NCBI GenBank assembly: GCA_009838525.1
Contig: VXRJ01000038.1
Span: forward strand, 10,654 to 74,653
DNA from: Acidobacteriota bacterium
Lineage (GTDB): Bacteria > Acidobacteriota > Vicinamibacteria > Vicinamibacterales > UBA8438
Direction: 5' to 3'
DNA length: 64,000 nt
Position numbers and translations under genes: made by a program
Notes under the pieces: generated by a model
What the model was told of the DNA's origin: nothing
The model's input: only the letters and a program-made list of their open reading frames with translations
Database searches by the model: none
Shown here: positions 36,404 through 43,895 of the stretch, in pieces
How the letters are laid out: every line of letters starts with the position of its first letter
Numbering within the stretch: position 1 is the first letter of the stretch

Positions 36404-37695
36404 TGCGGCTCCGATGCGCGCTCCGTGGCCTGGCGCTGGGCGCGGTCTGCGCGGCCTGGGCAGTGGCTTCCGCGCCCGCCGTAGCGGCTCAGGCGGACGA
36501 CGAAGAAGAGGAGACGCCGCTGACCGTCGGGTTCTCCGGACGCCTGAGCGCGGAGAGCCGGGGGTTTCCCGCCGCCCCCGCCTTTCCCGCGCAGCGCTCG
36601 CTGGCAAGCGGCGCCGTCGCCGAAGCGACCCTGTATGTGGAGAACGTGAACGGTCAGCGCTTCACTGCGGCGCCCTTCTTTCGCTACGACCATACGGACT
36701 CGCGTCGAACCCACTTCGATTTGCGGGAGGCCTACCTTCTGCTCTTCGGCGATGTCGGTGACGGAGGGTGGGAGGCGCGTCTGGGTGTCGGCCAGGTGTC
36801 CTGGGGGGTCGCCGAGTCGCAGCCCCTGGTGGACATCGTGAACCAGGTCGACTTCGTCGAGCATCCGGGCGGCGAGGCGAAGTTGGGGCAGCCCATGGCG
36901 CACGTCACCTGGTTCGGCGAGTGGGGCACGCTGGAAGTGCTGGGCATGTCCTATCACCGAGCGCGCACCTTTCCGGGGCGTCGAGGACGCCTGCGCCTGC
37001 CGGTGCTCGTGGAGCATGAGAATGTCCAGTACGACGGCTCGGGGGGCCGCTGGCGTCCCGAGGTGGCGTCGCGTTACAGCCATAGCGTGGGTCTGGTCGA
37101 TCTGGGCGCCTCCTTCTTCGACGGGACGAGCCGAGAACCGTTTTTCTTTCCCGCCGGCGGGGCCGACGGCGAACCGGTCCTGGTTCAGCACTACGCGCCG
37201 ATTCGCCAGTTCGGCGCCGACGTGCAGGTGACTGCCGGGGCCGGATTGCTGAAGGCGGAGGCCATTCAGCGCTCCGGCGCGCGGAATCTCCTCGGCCTGG
37301 AGCAGGCTTACTTCGCCAGCGTGCTCGGCGGCGAGTACAGTCTCTACGCGGTGGGGGGATCGGCCATCGACGTCACTCTGTTGGGGGAATGGAGCTACGA
37401 CAGCCGCGGCTCCGCCGCGACGCCCAGCCGGACGCCCAACACGCTGGAGAACGACGTCTTCCTCGCTACGCGCTTCGCGTTCAACGACGTCCAGAGCACC
37501 GAGTTCACGGCCAGCGTGCTGCTGGACGCCAGCCGGGCCAACCGGCTGCTGGCCCTGGAATTCGGCCGGCGCCTCTCCAACGACTGGTCGGTGAGGGCGG
37601 AAGGCGTGGCCATTATCAGCCTGGACGAACGCGACATCTTCTATGAGATGCGACGGGACAGCTTCATAGACATGAGCCTGGTCTACAACTTCTGA
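36400..37695 (+). CDS. hypothetical outer-membrane beta-barrel protein
   Basis: Signal ...AAWAVASAPAVAAQA. Alternating amphipathic strands, ending ...IDMSLVYNF (terminal Phe signature). The start overlaps the LolA-like stop (GTGATG), and the stop lies 4 nt before the RND start. Confidence 0.55.
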   Translation: MMRLRCALRGLALGAVCAAWAVASAPAVAAQADDEEEETPLTVGFSGRLSAESRGFPAAPAFPAQRSLASGAVAEATLYVENVNGQRFTAAPFFRYDHTDSRRTHFDLREAYLLLFGDVGDGGWEARLGVGQVSWGVAESQPLVDIVNQVDFVEHPGGEAKLGQPMAHVTWFGEWGTLEVLGMSYHRARTFPGRRGRLRLPVLVEHENVQYDGSGGRWRPEVASRYSHSVGLVDLGASFFDGTSREPFFFPAGGADGEPVLVQHYAPIRQFGADVQVTAGAGLLKAEAIQRSGARNLLGLEQAYFASVLGGEYSLYAVGGSAIDVTLLGEWSYDSRGSAATPSRTPNTLENDVFLATRFAFNDVQSTEFTASVLLDASRANRLLALEFGRRLSNDWSVRAEGVAIISLDERDIFYEMRRDSFIDMSLVYNF

Positions 37696-37699
37696 GACG

Positions 37700-40000
37700 A
37701 TGGCATCTTCCCTGCTGGACCGCTACGTCGAAGCCACCCTCCGCTACCGGTGGATCGTGGTTGCCGCCGCGTTTCTGGTGCTGCTGGCGGCGGGCGCCGG
37801 CGCCCGCCTCATCGGTGTCACGAACGACTATCTCGTTCTCTTCCGGGACGACAATCCGCAGCTTCTCGCGTTCCAGGCCATGGAGAACCGGTTCTCGGCC
37901 AGCGACCGCGCGCTCATTGCCGTCGCGCCTCGGGAAGGCTCGGTGTTCACCCGGGAGGCGCTCGGCGCCGTCGTGGAGCTGACGGATGCCGCATGGGGCG
38001 CGCCGTATTCCAGCCGGGTGGACTCCCTCACCAACTTCAATCACAGCGAGGCGTTCGGCGAGGACGACCTGATCGTCGCTCCCCTGGTAGAGGACGCGAC
38101 CTCGCTGAGCGATGCTGATCTCGCCGGCATCGAGTCGATCGCCCTGGATTCGGTGGAACTGGTCGGCCGCCTCGTGGCCGGCGACGGGCGAGCGGCCGGC
38201 GTGGTGATCAATTTCGTGCTTCCCGAGAATCAGGACGAGGCGGTGGTCGAGATCAACGGCTATCTCGACGCGCTTCTCGAAGAGGCACGCGCGAACCATC
38301 CGGAGATCGACTACTACGTGACCGGCGACGTGCCGATGCACCGGGCATTCGCGCAGGCCACGGCGGAGGATCTCGAAACGCGAACGCCGCTCGTATTCCT
38401 CATCATCGTGGTCCTTGCCACCCTGCTGCTGCGCTCGGTCCTGGGTACGGCGGCGGTCGTTGCCGTCCTGACCTTCGCCGTCGGCACCACCCTCGGATTT
38501 GCCGGCTGGACGGGGGTCGTCTTCAGTCCGGCCAGCTCCGGCGTCGCGATCATCGTGATGGTGATTGCCGTCGCGGACTCCATCCACGTCGTCAGCACCG
38601 TCTTGTTGGAGTTGAGGCGCGGGCGGGAGCGGCGGGCCGCGATCGTGGAGGCGTTCCGCGTCAATACCTATCCGATCTTCCTGACGTCGGTGACCACCGG
38701 GATCGGTTTTCTCAGCCTCAACGCGGCCGACGCGCCGCCGTTCCACGATCTGGGGAACTACACGGCCCTCGGCGTCCTGTGCGCCTTCGTCTACTCCATG
38801 ACGCTGCTGCCGGCGCTACTGGCCATCCTCCCGATGCGGGCGAATCGCGCCGTCGGAGGACCGGCCGCGGTGTTGGATCGCTTCGCCGAGTTCGTGGTCG
38901 AACGGCGGCGGGTTCTTCTGTGGTCCGTCGCGGCGGGTGCGGTGATCCTCGCGGCCGGCGTCCCACTCGTCGAGCTGAACGACAACCCGAGGCAGTACTT
39001 CGACGAGGGGTACGAGTTCCGGCGTCATTCCGACTACGTCGCGGCGAATCTCACGAGCCTCGATACGCTGGAGTACACGCTGGACGCGGGACGCGAAGGC
39101 GGGATCACCGACCCGGAGTACCTGCGGCGGATAGACGCTTTCGCCGAGTGGTTCCGGGAGCAGCCGGAGGTCACCCATGTCCAGGTCTTCTCGGACATCA
39201 TGAGGCGCCTGAACCGGAACATGAACGGCGATGATCCGGCCTTCGATCGCCTGCCCGATGACGGAGACCTGGCAGCGCAGTACCTGTTGCTGTACGAGCT
39301 CTCGCTGCCGTTCGGAAGCGACCTGAACAATCGCATCGACATCGCGAAGTCGGCCACGCGGATGGTGGTGGCGGCGGATAGCCCCTGGTACCGGGAGCTG
39401 CGTGAACTCGATGCGCGCGCACAGTCCTGGCTCGATGCCAACGCGCCCGGCCTGGCGGGGGAGGCCTCCGGCCTCAGCGTGATGTTCGCTCATGTATCGC
39501 AGCGGAGCATCGACAGCATGCTGGGCAGCACCATCACCGCCATGGCGTTGATTTCGTTCCTCCTGATCTTTGTCTTCCGGAGCGTGCGGCTGGGGCTGCT
39601 GAGCCTCGTGCCGAACTTCCTTCCCGCCATCATGAGCTTCGGCGTGTGGGGCTATCTCGTCGGCAACGTGGGCATTGCCGCGTCCGTGATGGTCGCCATC
39701 GTCTTCGGGATCATCGTGGACGACACGATTCACTTCCTGTGCGAGTACCAGAAGTCGCGGCGTGAGGGCCGTGCGCCCGCCGACGCCGTACGCTCCACGT
39801 TTCGCACCGTGGGCCAGGCCCTGTTGACGACCACCGTGGTTCTTTCCGCCGGCTTCACGGCGTTCGCGACCTCCGGGTTCCAGATCTCCTGGTCACTCGG
39901 ACTGCTGGTGGCGATTACGGTCGTGCTTGCCCTCGCGGCCGACTTCCTGCTTCTGCCGCCGCTGTTGATGGCCACCGACGCACGGAGCCGCAGAACGTAG
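37700..40000 (+). CDS. RND superfamily exporter, MMPL/HpnN-like (COG1033 type)
   Basis: 766 aa with two 6-TM bundles and two periplasmic loops. ...FLTSVTTGIGFLSL... and ...ALLTTTVVLSAGFTAF... are typical. No membrane-fusion or TolC-like gene is adjacent. Confidence 0.85.
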   Translation: MASSLLDRYVEATLRYRWIVVAAAFLVLLAAGAGARLIGVTNDYLVLFRDDNPQLLAFQAMENRFSASDRALIAVAPREGSVFTREALGAVVELTDAAWGAPYSSRVDSLTNFNHSEAFGEDDLIVAPLVEDATSLSDADLAGIESIALDSVELVGRLVAGDGRAAGVVINFVLPENQDEAVVEINGYLDALLEEARANHPEIDYYVTGDVPMHRAFAQATAEDLETRTPLVFLIIVVLATLLLRSVLGTAAVVAVLTFAVGTTLGFAGWTGVVFSPASSGVAIIVMVIAVADSIHVVSTVLLELRRGRERRAAIVEAFRVNTYPIFLTSVTTGIGFLSLNAADAPPFHDLGNYTALGVLCAFVYSMTLLPALLAILPMRANRAVGGPAAVLDRFAEFVVERRRVLLWSVAAGAVILAAGVPLVELNDNPRQYFDEGYEFRRHSDYVAANLTSLDTLEYTLDAGREGGITDPEYLRRIDAFAEWFREQPEVTHVQVFSDIMRRLNRNMNGDDPAFDRLPDDGDLAAQYLLLYELSLPFGSDLNNRIDIAKSATRMVVAADSPWYRELRELDARAQSWLDANAPGLAGEASGLSVMFAHVSQRSIDSMLGSTITAMALISFLLIFVFRSVRLGLLSLVPNFLPAIMSFGVWGYLVGNVGIAASVMVAIVFGIIVDDTIHFLCEYQKSRREGRAPADAVRSTFRTVGQALLTTTVVLSAGFTAFATSGFQISWSLGLLVAITVVLALAADFLLLPPLLMATDARSRRT

Positions 40001-40055
40001 CCCACCGGCGCCGTGACAACCGAGTCGCCCGTCGTGTCGCGGGCGTGACAGAGAC

Positions 40056-40439
40056 TCAGACGAGGGCGAGTTGCGGCAGGTGATCGAAATGCCTGTCGCG
40101 GGCGTGCAGCACCAGGTTGTGCTGCAGGACCAGCGCCGCCAGCCACATGTCGTTCGTCGGAATCGGCGTGCCCTGCTTCCGGAGCTGGCGGAAGACCGCG
40201 GCGTAGTGATGGGTAGTCTGATCGTCGGCGTAGAGGACCCGGACACCATCCGACAAGAGAAACCGCCGGAGAAGCCGCTCGTTCTCCGCGGCGCGCCGGC
40301 CGTGGGCAAAACCGGCCCGGAGTTCGCCCAGAACGACGAAGGGTAGCAGGACTTCATCGGCCGCTTCGAGCAGCGCGACGGTTCCGGCAAGACCTCTACA
40401 GAGGTCGACGTACCGATTCGTGTCCAGCGCAAGCCTCAT
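40056..40439 (-). CDS. vapC: type II toxin VapC (PIN domain ribonuclease)
   Basis: MRLALDTN... (Asp), ...VVLGELRAG (Glu), ...TNDMWLAA (Asp). ATGA overlap with the upstream antitoxin. Confidence 0.85.
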   Translation of the reverse strand: MRLALDTNRYVDLCRGLAGTVALLEAADEVLLPFVVLGELRAGFAHGRRAAENERLLRRFLLSDGVRVLYADDQTTHHYAAVFRQLRKQGTPIPTNDMWLAALVLQHNLVLHARDRHFDHLPQLALV

Positions 40440-40678
40440 TCCCAGAGGTCCGCATCCGGCTCATCCTGTGCGGCGAGCGCCGCTTCGACCGCGGCGTCGT
40501 CTTCCCAGGCGCCGGCCAGGTCGCTCAGATCCCGCTTCTTGTGTGGCGCCCGGGTCACGCCGGCGCCTGCCGCCAGCGCGTCGACGACGACCTGATTCAG
40601 GCTCTTGCCCGTCTCGCGTGCGCGGAGGCGCAAGGCGTCGTCAACGACCGCTGGAATGCCGCGAACGGTGTACTGCAT
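40436..40678 (-). CDS. vapB: type II antitoxin, ribbon-helix-helix (FitA/VapB-like)
   Basis: MQYTVRGIPAVVDDALRLRARETGKSLNQVVVDAL is RHH-type. Acidic tail. Translationally coupled to vapC. Confidence 0.7.
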   Translation of the reverse strand: MQYTVRGIPAVVDDALRLRARETGKSLNQVVVDALAAGAGVTRAPHKKRDLSDLAGAWEDDAAVEAALAAQDEPDADLWE

Positions 40679-40976
40679 GCACTAAGTATAGGCAATGCAG
40701 GCGCGTATAGCCAGCAGCGCAACGAATAGGCTTCGTCGAGGCAGCGCGACTTACCTCATTCTCGTAGACCATTGACCTCAAGTGGATGGCTGCGAGGAGT
40801 CCTCTACGAGCCGAGGATCGAGTTCTCTGAGGTAGGGATCGAAGACGTGCTTCATCTGGGCTGAAGCTCGGTCCGGCGCCGAGCACCGGCAGCACTCGGT
40901 CACAAGGGTTGTCGTTCCACATGTCGAGGGCGATGCGCCGCTCGAGTACGTCGGCCATGTGGATCTCGGAGACCGA

Positions 40977-41059
40977 GAGCAGTACCGTCGTAGTCAGACG
41001 GCTCCAGCCATGGTGGCTGGAGTCACGTAAATGACCTCTGGAATACGCGGTACGGATCA
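40977..41059 (+). mobile_element. degenerate right-end remnant of a second, related IS3-family element
   Basis: GAGCAGTACCGTCGTAGTCAGACGGCTCCAGCCATGGTGGCTGGAGTCACGTAA-ATGACCTCTGGAATACGCGGTACGGATCA aligns with the orfB 3' end plus IRR of the intact IS at 42915-42989 (..[17 protein letters not shown] stop + IRR). Homology upstream of 40977 is unclear. Confidence 0.6.
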
Positions 41060-41673
41060 CTCCAGCGTGTCGATCCCCGGCTACATCGAACGACGAATCC
41101 GACAACGCCCACCCGGAGGTTGCTGCGTCGTTCCGGGTTCTACGCCCGTCATTTCGTTTGGTGACGTCAGCGTCGCCAGGGTTGCTACGATCAGTATCAA
41201 TCCCAGTCACCGCGAGTTCTCCGACGGTCACATACCGTTGAATCGTGAAAGCGTCCACGACGTGCTGGCGGACTGCAATGGCTACTTTCGGCGGGAGCCC
41301 TACAAGAGCTGGTTCAATCAGTTGGAGGCTTGGATTCTCCAGAAGTGTGGCGCCAGTTACTATGACGGTACTGCCTGCGCGTTGGATTTGGTTCAGTGGG
41401 CGACGGATCCGGTGTGGAGCGACTTGCCCGGCGGTGTGCGGGACAGGCTGCTGGCTGCCGACGGTACGTTCCTCAAGACCCAATTGGAGGAGAACAAGAA
41501 CGTCAAGTTGGTGCTTGCCAACGGGCGCCAAGTTATCGATGGGTTGCAAGCGATGGGGTTTCCCTTGGATTACGGCGAATCAATCACACCGGATGGAAGG
41601 CAAATCCATCTGTTCCGCGGGAGGCTGGGAGAACGGACATTCATCGGCTGGAACCTGAATCTACAGGGCAGTC
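41031..41673 (+). pseudogene. hypothetical gene interrupted by IS3 insertion (5' part); its first codons derive from the IS remnant
   Basis: The ORF reads ...CCVVPGSTPVISFGDVSVARVATISINPSHREF...WNLNLQGS and runs straight into IRL at 41674. Removing the IS and one GTC copy continues the frame into 42993..43066. The ATG at 41031 lies inside the IS remnant, and a GTG at 41067 is an alternative start. Confidence 0.55.
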
Positions 41674-41698
41674 TGAACCGTACCGGGTTTCCTGGAGG
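41674..41698 (+). repeat. IS3 left terminal inverted repeat
   Basis: 17 of 17 outer bases are identical to the complement of 42973-42989. The IR begins TG... Confidence 0.85.
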
Positions 41699-41715
41699 CT
41701 CCATTTATTGGGAGG

Positions 41716-42045
41716 ATGGAGTCCATGGGAAGAGCGAGTCGGTACTCACCTGAGGTACGGGAGCGGGCGGTTCGGATGGTGCTTGAACACACGCCGGAGC
41801 ACGGCTCGCAGTGGGCCGCGATGTGCTCGATCGCGTCGAAGATCGGCTGCTCGGCGGAGACGCTGCGCAACTGGGTTCGGGCGATGGAACGTGACACCGG
41901 GCGCCGCCCCGGCTTGACCACGGAGGAACGGCAGCGCCTCAAGGCTCTTGAGCGGGAGAATCGCGAGCTGAAGCGTGCGAACGAGATCCTGCGGAAGGCT
42001 TCGGCGTTTTTCGCACAGGCGGAGCTCGACCGCCGACCGAAGTGA
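41716..42045 (+). CDS. IS3-family transposase OrfA (HTH + leucine zipper)
   Basis: ...[16 protein letters not shown]...[17 protein letters not shown]...[31 protein letters not shown]. Confidence 0.9.
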   Translation: MESMGRASRYSPEVRERAVRMVLEHTPEHGSQWAAMCSIASKIGCSAETLRNWVRAMERDTGRRPGLTTEERQRLKALERENRELKRANEILRKASAFFAQAELDRRPK

Positions 42046-42959
42046 TGGTCAGGTTCATCGATGCCCACCGGGCCGCCTACGGGGTCGAGCCGATCTGTGC
42101 CGTGTTGCCGATCGCCCCGGCGACGTATCACGCGCACAAGGCGAGGCAGGCGGACGCGTCGCGTCTGCCGGCGCGTATGGTGCACGACGACGGGCTGAAG
42201 GCGGAGATTCGTCGTGTCTGGACCGAACACCATGGCGTGTATGGGTCGCGCAAGGTCTGGCGGCAGTTGAAGCGAGAGGGCTTCGCGGTTGCGCGGTGCA
42301 CGGTCGAGCGGTTGATGCGCGAGTTGAATCTGCAGGGTGCGGTACGCGGCCGGCGGTTCAAGACGACGATTCCGGCTCACGCGGCCGAGCGGCCGCAGGA
42401 CCTGGTCGAACGCAACTTCACCGCCACACGTCCGAATCAGTTGTGGGTAGCCGACGTGACCTACGTGGCGACGTGGCGCGGCTTCGTGTACGTGGCCTTC
42501 GTAATCGACGCCTTCGCCAGGCGAATCGTCGGTTGGCGAGTTACCCAGACGCTGCGGACGGACCTGGTGCTCGACGCGTTGGAGCAGGCCCTCTACGGCC
42601 GACCGCTGGACTCGGCCCAGGGCTTGGTGCATCACAGCGATCGTGGGGTGCAGTACCTCTCTATTCGCTACACCGAACGTCTCGCCGAGGCCGGGATCGA
42701 GCCCTCAGTGGGCAGCCGCGGCGACTCGTACGACAACGCCCTGGCCGAATCCGTCATCGGTCTCTACAAGACTGAGGTCACCAATCGTCGTGGACCGTGG
42801 CGCAGCGTCGAAGCGGTTGAGCTGGCCACCCTCGAGTGGGTCGACTGGTTCAACAACAGTCGCCTCCTCGCCCCTATCGGATACGTCCCTCCGGTCGAGT
42901 GCGAAGAGCAGTACTATCGCCGTCAGGAGACTCCAGCCATGGTGGCCGGAGTCACGTAA
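42042..42959 (+). CDS. IS3-family transposase OrfB (DDE integrase core), -1 frame relative to OrfA
   Basis: ...LWVADVTYV..., ...[11 protein letters not shown]..., ...[15 protein letters not shown]... form the DDE triad context. The -1 frame is open across GCG TTT TTC (about 42005-42013), allowing an OrfAB fusion ...[21 protein letters not shown]. Confidence 0.9.
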   Translation: MMVRFIDAHRAAYGVEPICAVLPIAPATYHAHKARQADASRLPARMVHDDGLKAEIRRVWTEHHGVYGSRKVWRQLKREGFAVARCTVERLMRELNLQGAVRGRRFKTTIPAHAAERPQDLVERNFTATRPNQLWVADVTYVATWRGFVYVAFVIDAFARRIVGWRVTQTLRTDLVLDALEQALYGRPLDSAQGLVHHSDRGVQYLSIRYTERLAEAGIEPSVGSRGDSYDNALAESVIGLYKTEVTNRRGPWRSVEAVELATLEWVDWFNNSRLLAPIGYVPPVECEEQYYRRQETPAMVAGVT

Positions 42960-42965
42960 TTCAGT

Positions 42966-42989
42966 CTCTGGAAAACCCGGTACGGTTCA
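42966..42989 (+). repeat. IS3 right terminal inverted repeat
   Basis: CTCTGGAAAACCCGGTACGGTTCA, ending ...CA and followed by the GTC duplication. Confidence 0.85.
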
Positions 42990-42992
42990 GTC

Positions 42993-43066
42993 ACTTGAAC
43001 AATAAGAAGATGAAGCCAGAGTTGGGAGACGCAGTGGGTCGTCTGGCCGCCAAACAGGCAGGGTGA
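42993..43066 (+). pseudogene. 3' part of the IS3-interrupted gene
   Basis: After excising the IS, the frame continues ...QGS-HLNNKKMKPELGDAVGRLAAKQAG to the stop at 43064-43066. Confidence 0.55.
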
Positions 43067-43099
43067 GTGTTGACGTGCCGGCGCCAAGGCCGTTCACGC

Positions 43100-43498
43100 C
43101 TACGCGGCGAGAATCTGCCGCAGGCGCTCCGCGGTTCGAGCTCGGTCCAGGCGGCTGCCGGCCACGTCCAGTGTCAGTGCTTCCCACGCCGCCACGTCGA
43201 GCTGTTCGTTGGGCAGGAGGTCGTTCTCCCTGAGAAGAACCAGACAGGTGGCGAGCGCTACCCGCTTGTTGCCGTCAACGAACGGGTGATTCTGGCAGAC
43301 GTAGAAGAGGTAGGCCGCGGCGATCTCAACGGGATCGCTGAGCAGCGGCTTGCCCATCATGGTGGCCTGCGGCGCCGCCACGGCCGACTCGAGCAATCCT
43401 TCGTTCTGTAGCCCGCCCGCGCCTCCGTGGGCGGCGAGAACTTCGGCGTGGATCGCCTTCACCGCCGAGACGGTCGGATGGAGCAGCGGCGGCCTCAA
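43100..43498 (-). CDS. doc: type II toxin Doc (Fic/Doc fold kinase)
   Basis: HPFVDGNKRVAL Doc motif. 132 aa. The TTG start overlaps the antitoxin stop (TTGA). Confidence 0.85.
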   Translation of the reverse strand: MRPPLLHPTVSAVKAIHAEVLAAHGGAGGLQNEGLLESAVAAPQATMMGKPLLSDPVEIAAAYLFYVCQNHPFVDGNKRVALATCLVLLRENDLLPNEQLDVAAWEALTLDVAGSRLDRARTAERLRQILAA

Positions 43499-43722
43499 GA
43501 CAGTCGCCTAAACAGCTCGGAGTTCTTGTCGATGAGCCGCTTGGCTGTAGCCGCGGCCTTCTCGGGGCCGATCACGGGACGCACCGGAGTCAACACGATC
43601 GAACCGCCCTCGTGGAGGCTGATCGTCAACTGGTCCCCGACCTTGAGGTGAGCGAGGTCCATCAGGGCCGAATCGAAGATGATGCCCTGAGAGTTGCCGA
43701 TCCGGGTAATCGTCTTCGTCAT
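43495..43722 (-). CDS. AbrB/MazE/SpoVT-family antitoxin (Phd-role partner of Doc)
   Basis: MTKTITRIGNSQGIIFDSALMDLAHLKVGDQLTISLHEGGSIVLTP is a swapped-hairpin AbrB-type fold. Confidence 0.8.
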   Translation of the reverse strand: MTKTITRIGNSQGIIFDSALMDLAHLKVGDQLTISLHEGGSIVLTPVRPVIGPEKAAATAKRLIDKNSELFRRLS

Positions 43723-43725
43723 GCT

Positions 43726-43742
43726 GTAAAACTATGTTTTAC
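43726..43742. promoter_or_regulatory. perfect 7-3-7 palindrome, candidate operator of the antitoxin-doc operon
   Basis: GTAAAAC-TAT-GTTTTAC begins 4 nt upstream of the antitoxin ATG. There is no SD between it and the start. Confidence 0.4.
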
Positions 43743-43895
43743 AAAGCGCCCCGTCAAGTCTGTGAAGAGAGTCGAGGGATCGCGGCCCCGGGATCCGTCT
43801 GCCCAGGGCGCCGAGACACGGAGCCACGGTGACACAATGGTGTGTGTGCGGTTCCTCGGTATCGTCCCGGCAGCGACCCACGGAGGGCAGCGACG

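Larger units (their letters stand above)
41674..42989 (+). mobile_element. intact IS3-family insertion sequence (1316 bp) with 3-bp target-site duplication GTC
   Basis: IRL TGAACCGTACCGGGTTTCCTGGAGG (41674-41698) against the IRR complement TGAACCGTACCGGGTTTTCCAGAG (42966-42989). GTC occurs at 41671-41673 and again at 42990-42992. orfA and orfB are in 0/-1 frames. Confidence 0.9.

Noticed and set aside
40641-41549. 302-aa minus-strand ORF spanning the vapB start, the IS remnant and the interrupted gene.
   Set aside because: It crosses three unrelated sequence units, including an IS terminal repeat, and overlaps vapB. Its composition is not protein-like, whereas the plus strand carries the interpretable sequences.
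43743-43895. Possible cobalamin riboswitch upstream of the TonB-dependent receptor (AGGGAUC.., ..CUGCCC.., ..AGCCACGGUG reminiscent of a B12 box).
   Set aside because: The matches are short and out of register with the consensus as I recall it. There is no GGGAAGGC-type 3' element. The receptor has a CarboxypepD_reg N-terminus rather than a BtuB-like layout. An Infernal scan would settle it.
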